NCBI GenBank assembly: GCA_030390025.1
Contig: JASTWF010000070.1
Span: 62,001-126,000, forward strand
Direction of reading: 5' to 3'
DNA length: 64,000 nt
From: Squalus acanthias
Taxonomy: Eukaryota
Below the pieces are notes generated by a model. It was not told the DNA's origin and did no database searches. It saw only the letters and a program-made list of their open reading frames with translations. Both the position numbers and the translations under genes were made by a program. Shown piece after piece: positions 25,728 through 38,490 of this stretch; position 1 is the first letter of the stretch, and every line of letters starts with the position of its first letter.

Positions 25728-27017
25728 GTGCGCCGTGTGGCCAGTGCTCTGCAATGATTGGTTCTCCAGTCAGCCGTGTCAGTGTCAGCAGTGACAAAGC
25801 TCTTGGTCCCTGTGCAAGATTGAGAGAGCAGCTCCAGTCACAGCACCAAAGCCTCTTTAATAATTCTAATAGATCAGAGGAATCAGTGATCAGTTCAAGC
25901 GCAGAAACAGAACAAAGCACCTGGGCTTCACCGAAAAGCCCCTTGTCCAGGTGAGAACCAATCCCTGCCCGAATTCAGTGCCGGCTACTCCAGGGGGCGA
26001 GAATCCCTCCGGCCGCTCTGTGTGTTTTTCTAAGGAACAGGGGAATACCTAACTTCACAGATACACAATTCAGGTAAATATTAAACCAACAATATTATTC
26101 CTTTGACGCTAATATCTCGAGACAACTCAATTATTAACAATTTGATGCATGATTCTTTCGCCCTCAAGTAACTGACACCAACCAGTTTCAATCTGACTTT
26201 TAAAAACATGAACCAAGACTCAGTGTGGGGAGTTAGTGATTGACTCCAAACAGGGGAAGTGTTCAACATCACAGAGCCCCAGAAACAACTGACCCCGCCG
26301 CTTAATAATTCAACTGGAACAGGGTTTAAAACGGGAACTGCGCGCATTCATCGGACCCGCAGCAAATTAAAGGCAGGGTGTCATTTTATTAATATTGTGC
26401 CGAGTTTTATTTGTCCTCTTGAGTTTTAAAGGGGGTGACGCAGAATATAAAAGAACAACTTCTCTTTCATCCGGGGCAGGCTGTAAAATGCCGCTTTCTT
26501 CCCCTCTTTCTCATTCATCTAATTCGTTCTTTACTCCGCCTCATGAATATTCTCATCAGAAATGTATTTACAGACTGAAGCCCAAATCATATTTGTCAAT
26601 TGAACCACCCATTTTAAAGGGATTGACAAATCCGGGGTTGTCTTGCTGCTGATTTAGAGAAACGGACGTCAGTCTATTACGAAATATGTATTTTAGGGGA
26701 AAAAATTATTTTTAAATCTGATGCAGTATATCAGAGAGTAACAGCGCGTTATCAGAACGATTCCGGTCGAAGTGCATCAGCTGGTCCGTATCTCTAACAT
26801 CCGCCCCTTATTTTTCTGGGGTAGAACACAGACAAAATATGCATTATCGCAAAAATCTTCGGAATCTTGGAACCTTCCCTTATAGAAACTCCAATTGGAG
26901 TTTAAACATTTGGAAATCGAAGGCTTAAGATTTTAATAATTTTCTCAGCCACAAATAGATTTAAAAGCTACCCGAATTGAAAATCTGCCTCTTTCCTTTT
27001 CCTGGCCCCTCCCAGGC

Positions 27018-27040
27018 ATTTGCATACCGGGTGATAAATA
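27018..27040 (+). promoter_or_regulatory. Ig light-chain promoter: octamer ATTTGCAT (27018-27025) and TATA-like GATAAATA
   Basis: Exact octamer about 135 bp upstream of the leader ATG, in light-chain orientation. Confidence 0.85.
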
Positions 27041-27157
27041 GACCCGGAGTCTCGCGTTTGCAGACACTGTAACCGGACCGTGTCCCGGAGTTTACAGGAA
27101 CAGTGCTCGGTTCAGTCGGAAATTTGAACGGTGGCTGTTTGCACTTCTCCGGAGGAA

Positions 27158-30100
27158 ATGGCTCCAACGATGCATCTCCTGTGGGCTCTGCTGATCCATT
27201 TAACAGGTGAGAGACGGATGGTTTTAGTCACGGGTTTATCCGCAACTAAATCGGTTCAATACCGAGAATCGGGCGGTTTTCTCTCCGTGTTTATTGAAGC
27301 ATTAACGTCCTATTTGCTCCAAGTCACTGAATGGATTGAAATTTTTCTTTTATTGAAGGTGTCCTGGCGGCTCCCGTCCTGAATCAGTCGCCAATATCCG
27401 ATCCTGTCTCCGCGGGTCAGACCGCCCGGTTACAGTGTGCGATGCAGAACGGGGCTGTGGGCAGCAAGGATGTGTACTGGTACCGACAGCGACCCGGGGA
27501 AGCTCCGGTGTGGGTGCTCTATCACGGTAACGGTGGTACCATCAACCGAGGCACCGGCTTCACAGACCGTTTTCAACCTTCCAGAGACGCCTCCGGTAAC
27601 AGTTACATTCTGACCATCGGAACCCTGGTGCCCGGTGACTCCGCCGTCTATTACTGTGCTGTGTGGGACACGGGATACATCTTCGGACCCGGGACCGCCC
27701 TGAGTATAAAGAGTAAGTGACTCTCTCATTCTATCATTCACATTGTTTCAATAATTATTAATTTGCAGTCGCTTTCATTTCCGGGCGCCAGAGAAATCTC
27801 CATTCAGTGAATTTTGATGTTTGAACTATTTATACCCCAAAAATTTTAAACTGGTCAGAATTGGAATTGTTGAAGCGCCTCGGGGAACAACAATGCGCTG
27901 AAATGAAGTTTGACACCATTTCCTGCTTCAATAAGGGAGATGAGGAGAAGTGTTCTTTTTACGCAGCGAGTTGTTGTGATCTGGAATGCGCTGCCTGAAA
28001 GGGCGGTGGAAGCAGATTCAATAGCAACTTTCAAAAGGGAATTGGATAAATACTTTGAAGTTATGAATTAATGTAAACAGTAATTCAGTTTTGAAAAAAC
28101 ACTTTAGGAAGGATGTCTAGGCCTTGGAGAGGGTGCGGAGGAGATTTACTAGAATGGTTCCAGAGATGAGGACTTCAGTTACATGGAGAGTCTGGAGAAG
28201 CTGGTATTGTTCTCCTTAGAGCAGAGAAGGTTAAGGGGAGATTTAATAGAGGTGTTAAAAATCATGAAGGGTTTTGATAGAGTAAATAAGGAGAAGTTGT
28301 TTCCACTGGCAGGAGGGTCGGTAAGCAAAGGACACAGATTTAAGATAATTGGCAAAAGAACCAGAGACTGCGGGAGGTGATTTTTTTACTCAGCGAGTTG
28401 TTGTGATCTGGAACGCGCTGCCTGGAAGGTCGGTGGAGCAGATGCAATAGTAACTTTCAAAAGGGAATTGGACAAATCCTTGAAAAGGATAAATGCAGGG
28501 CTTTAGGTAAAGAGCAGGGGAGTGGGAATAATTTGATAGCTCTTTCAAAGAGCCGGCACAGGCACTATGGGCTGAACGCCCTCAGATTGGCACTGATTGA
28601 TAAAATAGCGACATAGGAACAGGAGGAGGCCATTCAGCCACTCGAGCCTGTGTGAGAAAGAGCTTCCCTTCCCGACCAGAGGAAATCATTTCTCTCTATC
28701 TACTAGATTGAATCCTTTTTTACATTTTAAACACCTCGATCAAATCACCCCCGAATCTTCTAATCTCAAGGGAATAAAAGCCAAATTTATGCAACCCGTC
28801 CTCGTAATTCAACCCTCTAAGCGCCGGTATCATTCGGGTGCTGCAAGAGACAGAGATAGAGAGAGAGAGGAAAGTTGTGAGCTACACTGTGAAGTTCTGA
28901 CAGTGGACACTGAATATGTCATTATGTTACACTGAGACTGGAAGGGAGAAAATTGCAGGGCTATGGGGAAAGAGCAGGGGAGTGTGATTAATTATCTAGC
29001 TCTTTAAAAGAAACGGCACAGGCACGATGGGCTGAATGGCCTCCTTCTCTAATGTATAATTCTATGCAATGGCTTACTTATTCCCTTAGTTTATGTAGAA
29101 TTATTCCTATTGTCCAGAGTCGGCACCGTCCGATTTTAAAAAGGTTGCACGGAGCCGGCGGGAGAGACCCCGGGGGAATCCCCACATTTACCGTCATTTG
29201 CAACTTTCAATGTTGCTGCTGGGTATATTCCTGTGGCGTATTGTCCCCCTGACCGCAGCCGTCGGGTGTCCGGCTCTGGGCTGGGAGAGAGAGAGGACCC
29301 TCCCAAGACCCGCTGTCCAAAGCACACAACCGGTTGGATCGACTCCATGTCGCCAGCAACACCGGGACTAGTCGGGATTGTATTCGTTTGACGGGACCGC
29401 TTTTATTCTGAATTTCGTGCTCCGATATTTAATCTGTCTGAGCTCATTATACGCAATCTCCGCGCTGTTTGTAGAGCAGAACCGGCGCTTTACCATGGAG
29501 CGTCGCAGTGGCAATTACTGACCAGCCCCGTGTGTGAGTGAGACTGGGTGATGCTTGTTGAAGGGGAGTTTCTCTGCGTCTCATTCTCTCGCTGATGACC
29601 CTCTCCCGTCCCCCAGGCTGTGTCTGCTGACTCTCCCTGTCCAGTGTCCCCCCGGGGGATAGCGCCGATTCTCCTGGTTTGATGTGTCGGGTCCCGCTAC
29701 CGCCCAGTGTTGAACGGATCGCTCCGGGACCAGCGAGACTGACCTGATCCCGAGAGAGAAATCAGTTCACCCGCGCGGGGAGGAATCCTTACTTGCCTCT
29801 GTAGCGAGATCTTTTACAATCCTTGTCCCCACTTTCACTAGAAATATTGAACAGTGAAAACCCTTCATCAAAGCGGGGAAAGGAGAAGGCTGAGTGGTGA
29901 CCGAATAGAGAGCTTTAAAATAACGAAAGGTTTTGATAGAGTCGACACAGAGAGTGTATCCACTTGTGGGGAAGAGCAAAACTAGAGGCCATCAATATAA
30001 GATAGTCACCAAGAAATCAAATAGGGAATTCAGGAGAAACTTCTTCACCCAGAGAGTGGTGAGAATGTGGAACTCGCTACCACAGGGAGTGGTTGAGGAG

Positions 30101-31585
30101 AATAGTATAGATGCATTTAAGGGGAGGCTAGATAAGCGCATGAGGGAGAAGGGAATAGAGGGTTAAGCTGATAGAGTTAGATGAGAAGGATGGGAGGAGG
30201 CTCGAGTGGAGCATTAACGCCGGCATGGACTGGTTGGGCCGAATGGCCTGTTTCTGTGAGGCATATTCTGTGTAATTCTATGTAATCCATTGACAATATT
30301 GTTAGGCAGAGTGACTACATTATTTCCCAGCCCGTGTACAATGTCCTCTCTTTATTCAGTGAGCTCTTCAATACCCGGTAATAGACCCGGCTCAATTATC
30401 ATCCCCGCAACATTTAAAGCAGATCAGTTTCTAAGTCGCAATTCTAAAATAAGATGAATCGCAAAAAAAACTTCCGGAATCTTATAGAATGATGCAGAAC
30501 AGAAGGAGGCCATTCGGCCCATCGTGCCTGTGGCGGCTCTTTGAAAGTTCTGCATCAGTTTGAGATATCAGAACATAATGTGGACTCTCGGTGAAAAGCG
30601 GCTCACAGCTCCGTGAATTCACGTCTTTAAAGTTAACACTGAACGGATTTTAAGACAATCAAAAGCTTTATTACATTCAAGTAAAAAGCAAACAAAACTG
30701 CAATTCCAGGAAATTAATTAAAAACAGGCAATGCTGTGAATACACGGCCGGTCTGTTAGTTTCTGTAACGAGAACAGACAGGTTAGTGCGGTTCCGGGGG
30801 TGTAACCTGCACCTGAACTGGTCAGTTACTGATCGTTCCGCCTCACACATCCTGACTGATCCGGTCTGTATTTCCAGCATTTTCTGTGTTTAGTTTCCAA
30901 AAAATTCAGGAAGAATTAAATAAAGAAAGAAAGGATGAAGTACTTTTGAACCAAGTCACTTTTGTCATGTAGGCAGATGAATTGGCAGAGGAGCAGAGGA
31001 CTTAGAGATTTAAGAATTTCTTGGAACTCCTGTATTAATCAGAAATTTATTTTAAAGTGATTGTTGTTCGGGATTCTTTGTCGTCTTTGATTTCAGATCA
31101 GAGCGTCCCACTGCTGACGGATTCCATAAACTAATGAATTTTCTCTGCCCCCACACACAGGCAGCGAGGATCGAAGCCCCTCGGTTCTTCTCCTCCCTCC
31201 CTCCTCGGAAGAAATCGGCTCGGGATCGGCTACTCTGTCCTGCCTGGTGAGTCGCTTTAAGCCGGGTTTGGTGCGGCTCCGCTGGAGCGTGGATAGCCAA
31301 GAGACAGACAGCGGGGTGACGACAGGCGCCGTGTCCCCGGACAGCGATCTAACCTACAGCCTGAGCAGTTACCTGAGAGTCCCCGCCGCCGCCTGGAACA
31401 AGGGCTCCAGCTATTCCTGCAGCGTCAGCCACGGCTCCCTGAGCTCGCCTCTTCTCAAGACCATCAGCTCCTCCTCGTGTTCAGGTGAGGCGGTTCGAGT
31501 TGGCAGTGGAGTTTGGTTTTTGCAAGTGTTTAATGTAATGAAACAGTTCATTCGATGTGTGCAATCAGCCTTTTTTGCAATGTAA
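27158..31585 (+). CDS. Germline-joined immunoglobulin light chain, sigma-cart (type I/NS5-like). Exons: leader 27158-27206, VJ 27359-27712, C 31161-31585 (or spliced at 31484)
   Basis: MAPTMHLLWALLIHLT/GVLAAPVLNQSPISDPVSAGQTARLQCAMQNGAVGSKDVYWYRQRPGEAPVWVL..RGTGFTDRFQPSRD..DSAVYYCAVWDTGYIFGPGTALSIK/SSEDRSPSVLLLPPSSEEI..ATLSCLVSRFKPG..YSLSSYLRVPAAAWNKGSSYSCSVSH..SSSCS; matches what I know of chondrichthyan sigma-cart chains; no RSS between V and J; AATAAA at 31784. Confidence 0.92.
27940..28570 (+). mobile_element. CR1 LINE fragments in the J-C intron
   Basis: LFSLEQRRLRGDLIEV..GHRFK; another copy at about 29915-30285. Confidence 0.85.
29172..29183. promoter_or_regulatory. NF-kB site GGGGGAATCCCC in a GC-rich J-C intron segment (candidate intronic enhancer)
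   Basis: Fits GGGRNWYYCC; octamer-like ATTTGCAA about 13 bp downstream. Confidence 0.45.
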
Positions 31586-33504
31586 TCACTAGCAATTTCA
31601 GTTATTGGCAAACAATCTGAATGTTTAATAATATCAGAAGAGAACGCAATGATTGTGAGATGGAACTTTCTGTACAACTGTCCCCATTATCTTGTGTGTA
31701 AACTTTCGCTGTGTGTAGAATGGGGACAGATTTCCCTTTATCTGTGACCGTATTGTGATACGAACTTGTGTAACACAGCTCTTAATAAACATGAAATGCT
31801 GCCACGAGCTTAAAGTGGTCCGTCTTTACTCAGCACTTAAAGGGACATTGAGTGGATTACATAGAATGTACAGCACAAACAGGCCATTCAGCCCAATAAG
31901 TCTATGGCGCTGTTTATGCTCCACACGAGCCTCCTCACACCCTATTTCATCTCAGTCCATCAACATATCCTTCTATTCCTTTCTCCCTCATGTACTTATC
32001 GAGCTTCCCCTTAAATACTTCTCTGCTATTCGCCTCAACTATTCTATATGGTAGCGAGTTCCACATTCTCACCACTCTCTGGGTATAAAATGTTTCTCCT
32101 GAATTCCCTATTGGATTTCTTAATTTTAAGGTGCCACCCCCTCGTTCTGGACTTCCTCCTACCAGAGGTATAGTTTCTCTCTATCTATTCCTTTTAAAAT
32201 CCTAAATACCTCTATCAAATCACCGCTTAACATTCTATATTCCAGGGAATACAAGTCTAGTTTATGTGTAATCTCTCCTCCTAATTTAACCCTTGGATCC
32301 CTGGTATCATTCTGGTGAATCTGTGCTGAACTCCCTCCAGTATATCCTTTCTGAGATGGTGTGTCCAGAACCTGTACACAGTGCTCCAGACACTGGATTA
32401 TTTAAGAAGGGTGGGAGAGAGAATCCAGGTCTCTACCCGTCTGTCAGTTTATCGTCAGTTGTGGGAAAGTTAATAGAGTCTGATCACTTAAGCAAATATG
32501 AATTCATCAGAGGGGGCTTTGTTAACGGTAAATCATGTCTGACTTATCCAGTTGAATATCTTAAGTAGGTCACTAATCATATAGAGAAAGGAGTGTCTAT
32601 GGATGTTATCAATATGGACTCCCAGAAGGCACTCAATAAGGTTCAATACAACAGATTATGGGCAAAAATGAGAGTGCATGGAATTGGGGGTAACCTTTTG
32701 ATTTGGGTTGGAACTTAGTTGGGAGTTAGGAGACAGAGATTGGGGATAAAGAGGAGGTACTCAGATTGGGAGGATGTGACAAGTGGTGTTCCCCTGACAT
32801 CCATTCTGGGGCCTCAATCTTTCCACTATATTTATTAATGACTTTGATGAAGGAATAGAGAGTTATATATCTAAGTTTTCAGGAGGCGTTAAGTTAGAAG
32901 GCACAGTAACTTGTGTGGATGGGAGCAGGACTTTACAAGCGGAGATATACAGGTTGTGGGTGGACTGAAATGTGACAGATGTCGCTCAATGTGGTGGAGT
33001 GTGAGATAACCCACTGTGGATCTACTCCTGTTCCTGTGCTCCTAGATCAGCAAGTGAGGATTCTGAATATGGTGAATCATGCATGTGAAATGTCCAGAGA
33101 CCAATAGACAGAATGTGTCGCCAATGAGCATGTGCAAGGGATGGGGGTGGGGGGGGGGGGGGAGGGGTGTGTGTGAGGTGGGTGGGGGCGAGTAGCCTGC
33201 GTGACCACGAACGCTCTTACATTTTAACCCTGCGTGCTTTCGTAATAATCGCACATACTAGGAACGTTCTGACGGACTAACACCATGCTTACCTTGCATA
33301 ATTAAATAGCTGTGCTTGTGAGTCCATTTGTGGTCATTCTCATGGCACTGAATGTGCTAAGTTTCTATAAGTATATTGATCAATAAAGTTTATTAATCTC
33401 TCTATCTCTTGAGACCAACAGCCTATATTAAACTAAAGGATAAGGGTTATACTGATACAACTCGTCACGTGGCTGTTTGGTTTCCAAACCTTAATCTTCA
33501 GTAG

Positions 33505-34590
33505 CTGACTGTGACAAAGGTAAACTATCCATCCTCGTCCTTCTTGACTTGTCTGCAGCCTTTGACACGATTAACCACTCCATCATCCTCCAACGCCTCT
33601 CCACCGTCGTCCAGCTGGGTAGGACTGCACTCACCTGGTTCCATTCTTATCTGTCTAATCGTTGCGAGAGAATCAACTGCAATGGCTTCTCTTCCTGCTC
33701 CTGCATCGATACCTCTGGTGCTCCCCAATCTTCTATCCTTGGCCCCCTCCTATTTTTTATCTGCATGCTTCCCCTTGGCGACATCACCCGAAAACACAGC
33801 GTCAGTTTCCACATGCACGCTGACGACACCCAGCTCTACCTGACCACCACTTCTCTTGACCCCTCCACGGTCTCACATTTGTCAGACTGCTTGTCCGACA
33901 TCCAGTTCTGAATGAGCAGAAATATTCTCCCAAATAAATATTGGGAAGACCGAAGATATTCCTTTCGGTCCCCGCCACAAACTCCATTACAAGCCACTGA
34001 CTCCATCCCTCTCCCTAGCATCTGTTTGAGGCTGAACCACACTGGTTGCAACCTTGGTGTCATATTTGACCCTGAAACGAGTTTGCAATCACATATACGC
34101 GGCATAACTAAGACCGTCTATTTCCACCTCCGTAACATTGCCCTTATCCGCCCTTGCCTCAGCACATCCACTGCTGAAAGCTTCATCCATGCCTTTGTTA
34201 CCTCTAGACTTGACTAGTCCAAAGCGCTCCGGGGCGGCCTCCCACGTTGTACCCTACATAACCTTGAGGCCATCCAAAACTCGGCTGCCCGTGTAGTAAC
34301 TCGCACCAAGTCCCGTTCGCCCATCATCCCTGTGCACGCTGACTTTGGCTCTCGGTTAAGCAATGCCTCGATTTCAAAATTCTCATCCTTGTTTTTAAAT
34401 CCCTCCATAGCATCACCCCTCCCTATATGTGTAATCTCCTCCCGCCCCACAACCCGCCGAGATCTCTGTGCTCCTCTAATTTTGCCCTCTTGAGCGTCCC
34501 TGATTATAATCGCTCAACCATTGGCGGCCGTGCCTTTAGTTTCCTGGGCCATAAGCTCTGGAATTCCCTCCCTAAACCTCTCCGCCTCTT
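33505..34590 (+). mobile_element. L2 LINE RT fragment
   Basis: LSAAFDTINH..GAPQSSILGP..HADDTQLY. Confidence 0.9.
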
Positions 34591-36830
34591 CTCTTGTTAG
34601 CCACAGTTGGACCACTTTTCCTGTGGGGGTTTTGTGCCTTAAAGGAATATATATTTGTTGTAAATTATGTATTAATTCTTTAAATGCTAGCCATTGCTTC
34701 TCTACCGTCATACCTTTTAATATAGTTTCCCAATCTAACTTAGTCAACTCGCCCCACATACCTACATAGTTCGCTTTGTTTAGAATTAAGACCCTAATTT
34801 CGGATTTAACTAAATCACTTTCAAACTCAATATAAATTTCTATCATATTGTGGTCACTCTTCCCGAATGTCCCCTTTACTACAAGGTTATTAATGAACCC
34901 TTTCTCATTGTACAATATTAGATGTAAAATAGCCTGTTCCCTAGTTGGTTCCTCAACATACTGATCTAGAAAACTGTCTTGCATACATTCCATAAATTCG
35001 TCCTCCACAGTATTACTGCAAATTTGGTTTGCCCAATCTATATTTAGATTAAAGTCACCCATGATTACTGTATTACTCTTGTTACATGCACCTCTCATTT
35101 CCTGATTTATACTTTGCCCTACATTACAAATACTGTTTGGGGGCCTATAAACAACACCCACCAATGTTTTCTGCCCCTTGCTGTTTCTCAGCTCCACCCA
35201 AACTGATTCTACTTGTTGATTTTCGGAGCTAAGATCCTTTCACTCTGCTGACTTTATCTCATCCTTTATTATCAAGGCTAACCCTCCTCCTTTTCTATTT
35301 TGCCTATCTCTTCTAAAAGTGAAGTATCCTGGAATATTTAGTTCCCAACCTTGGCCACATTGCAACCATGTCTCCTTAATGGGTATTGGATCAAACCTAT
35401 TAATTTCTATCTGCGCTATTATTTCATCTATTTTGTTGTGAATGCTTCACTCATTCATATATGGTGCCTTTAGATTTGACTTATTTCTATTTTTCCCTGA
35501 TGTCACCTTAGTCACTGATGCCTTTTTGCCTTTGTTACTCTCTTTGTCCCTTGCTGACACACTCTGCTTATTTTTACCCAAAACTCTACTCTGCTCTAGA
35601 GCCTTGACAATTCTCTCGCTGCTTTTAAATTTACTCTTTCCTGAATCCTCCCCCACGCCGCCCCCCCTCACTTCATTAGTTTAAATCCCTGTCTACTGCC
35701 TGATTTATTCGGTTCACCAGGTCTCAGCCTGGTTTAAGTGGAGCTCGTCCCAACGGAACAGCTCCCTCTTTCCCCAGTACTGGTGCCAGTACCCCATAAA
35801 CTGAAACTCCTTCCTCCAGACCACTCTTTGAGCCACGCATTTAACCCTCTAATCTGTTTGTCCGTATGCCAATTTGCGCGTGGCTCAGGTAACAATCCAG
35901 AGATTATTAACTTTGAGGTTCTGCTTTTTAATTTGGATCCGCGCTCCTCAAACTCCCTCGGCAGAACCTCATTGCTAGTTCTACATATGTCGTTGCATCC
36001 TACATGGACCACGACAACTGGATCCTCCCCCTCCAAGTTCTCCTCCAGCCACGAGGAGGTGTCTTTAACCCTGCAATCTGTAGAATTCTCGGTCGTGGCT
36101 GCAGAGAACAGTTTCTATCCCCCTGACTATACTGTCCCCTACCACAACTACATTCCATTTCACTCCCCCCACTTGAATGGCCTCCTGCACCATGGTGCCA
36201 TGGTCAGCTTGCTCATCCATCCTGCATGCTTTTCCCTCATCCACACAAGCATTAAGAACCTCATACCTGTTGGACAAGGGCAAAGTCTGAGGCTCATCCA
36301 GCACTGCCCCTGGGGTCCCCTTACCTGCCTGAGTTGCAGTCACACACTCCTGTCCCTGACCACTTACCAGACCTGTACTACTAGCTAACCTAAGGGATGT
36401 GTGACTGCCTCCTGAATCAAAGTGTCCAGGTAACTCTCCCATCCCTGATACCCCACAATGTCTGCACCTCAGACTCCAGCTCCAAAACTCTGAGCTAAGA
36501 AGTTCCTCAAGATGCAGGCACTTACTGCAGACGTGGTTGTCCGGGATCACAATGCTCTCCACAAACTCCCACATGCTGCAGTTGCGGCACACCACCTGCG
36601 CTGCCATCCCTATATGACCTTGTTCTGTTTAATTACATTTAATTACATTTGTAATTCGGTAACTTAGTTGACAGTGTAGTTTCTTGATTACTTACTTGAT
36701 CTAGATTAAGTTATGGGTACTGAAATTAAATATCTACCTTTTACACAAAGCACTACAAGTCGAGTAGGCAGAAAGCAGCAACTCCTTCCCCCTCTTCTCC
36801 GAATTCCCACTCTTCCGAAATTCCCAAATC
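34590..36830 (-). mobile_element. CR1 LINE 5' half: ORF1 (zinc finger plus SGNH esterase) and ORF2 endonuclease, decayed
   Basis: CRNCSMWEF..CSKC, VVVGDSIVRG, VVVHVGCND; endonuclease GVVYRPP, MGDFN, SDHN. Confidence 0.9.
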
Positions 36831-36910
36831 AAGCCCTCTGTTTAAGTTAACTCCGTTTTGATCCTTTCTGTGCAGACCACTGTGAGTACCGTTAGACAAT
36901 AATGGATCAC

Positions 36911-36995
36911 AGTTCTGATGAAAGGTGATCGGCCTGAAACGTTAACTCTGTTTCTCTCTCCAAAGATGCTGTCTGACCTGTTGAGTATTTCTGTT
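36911..36995 (+). mobile_element. Penelope-like terminal repeat with a minimal hammerhead motif (other copies 60141-60240 and 63927-64000)
   Basis: AGTT-CTGATGA-aAGGT..GCCT-GAAA-CGTT-AACT. Confidence 0.6.
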
Positions 36996-38029
36996 TCCAC
37001 CTAGATCCCTTTTATCGTATTGGAAGGTAGATCCTGAGGAACAAGAAGCAGCGCCACCCCGTGGTAATCGGACGCAACTGGAAAGGCAAGAACTTAACTT
37101 TTCTCCCCCGAGGCCCCGGGTGTTGTTTGACGCTAGTGACTGCTGGGTCTTATTAGGACACAGCACGTAAAATCACCGAGAGAAGACCCTCGTAGACTAG
37201 GTATTAGCACCGACCATGTAAGTGTTTTTAACACCAAGAGACCATCAAGTAATGATCAATGAGGCATCAAGGCATTAAACGGTTTAGTAATGGTGACAAT
37301 GAAACTATCGGATTGTCGTAAAAACCCATCTAGTTCACTAATGTCCTTTAGGGAAGGAAATCTGCTGCCCTTACCCGGTCTGGTCTATATCTTACTACAC
37401 ACCCACAGCAATGTGGTTGACTCTTAACTGCCCTCTGAAATGGCCTAGCCACCACTCAGTTGTACCAAACCGCCACAAAGAAGTACACTAAGACCTTCAC
37501 CACGTGGACAGCAGTTGTTCAAGAAGGCGGCTCACCACCATGTTCTCAAGGACAATTAGGGATGGCCAATATATGCTGGCTTTGCCAGTGATGCCCACAT
37601 CACATGAATGAATAACAAAATTCTGGAGCATTTATAAATGTGGGGTTCCCGAGGGGCTGTGAGATCCCTATTCCATAAAGAATTATGTGGAAAGAGGTTT
37701 TTGGCAGAGCATCGTGGCTCAGTGTGATCATCTCTCAGTGCCACGATGGGAAGCCTCTTTGTAAGTATGTAGGCCATGTTTGGAAACTCTTTGTCACTGA
37801 AGTACTATTAAACTGCTAATGATCCCAGTCTCATTGCCTGAGTCCTGCTTGGAATTATGGATAACAACGATGTGTTAGCATAGTCTCATCATGGCAGCTT
37901 CCTTCAAATATTCCTCCTGCTCCCAGATCCTGCATGTATTGTATATGGCACTGAAATTGGCTGCCACCTCTTGCCTGACACGGTGCTCTGCGCTCTTGTG
38001 GTGAGGGGACCTGGAGAGGTAAATAGGGG

Positions 38030-38490
38030 CAGCTGAGGCTCAGTTGGTAGCATTCTCTTCTCTATCAGTAGATCGTGGGTTCAAGTCCCACTCCAGAGAC
38101 TTTAGCACATAATCTAGGTTGAGACCCCCGGTGCAGCACCGAGAGAGCGCTGCACTGTCGGAGGTGCATTCTTTTGGATGAGACATTAAACCGAGGCCCC
38201 GTCTGCCCTCTCGCATAAATAATCACATGGCACTATTTCGAAGAAGAGCAGGGGAGTTCACCCCAGTGTCCTGGGGCCAATATTTATCCCTTAATCAACA
38301 TCACTAAATTACAGGATCGCTGGTCATTAACAAATTACTGTTTGTGGGAGCTTGCTCTTCGCAAATTGGCTGCCACGTTCCCTTCAATACAACAGTGGCT
38401 ACACTTCAGACGGTACTTCATTGGCTGTAAAGCTCTTTGAGACGTCCTGGGGTCATGAAAGGCGCTATATAAATGCAAGTCTTTCTTTCT
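38030..38490 (+). mobile_element. Full-length Deu-domain tRNA SINE
   Basis: A box GGCTCAGTTGG, B box GGTTCAAGTCCC, Deu core, L2-like tail. Confidence 0.9.

Larger units (their letters stand above)
18420..26780. repeat. Diverged direct segmental duplication: copy A about 18420-22735 (plus a CR1 insertion), copy B about 24190-26780 (plus a SINE)
   Basis: Shared order: TGTTTGCT cluster, L2, then about 1.1 kb unique block (21645-22735 vs 25700-26780). Confidence 0.9.

Noticed and set aside
31514-31545. GGTTTTTGC nonamer-like sequence (also GGTTTTTGG near 37697)
   Set aside because: No heptamer at 12 or 23 bp spacing and no adjacent gene segment
37690-37760. Inverted repeat CATCGTGGC..GCCACGATG as a possible miRNA hairpin
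   Set aside because: Only about 9 plus 6 bp of pairing; too weak to call
38030-38100. tRNA-like A and B boxes
   Set aside because: Head of a SINE, not a tRNA gene
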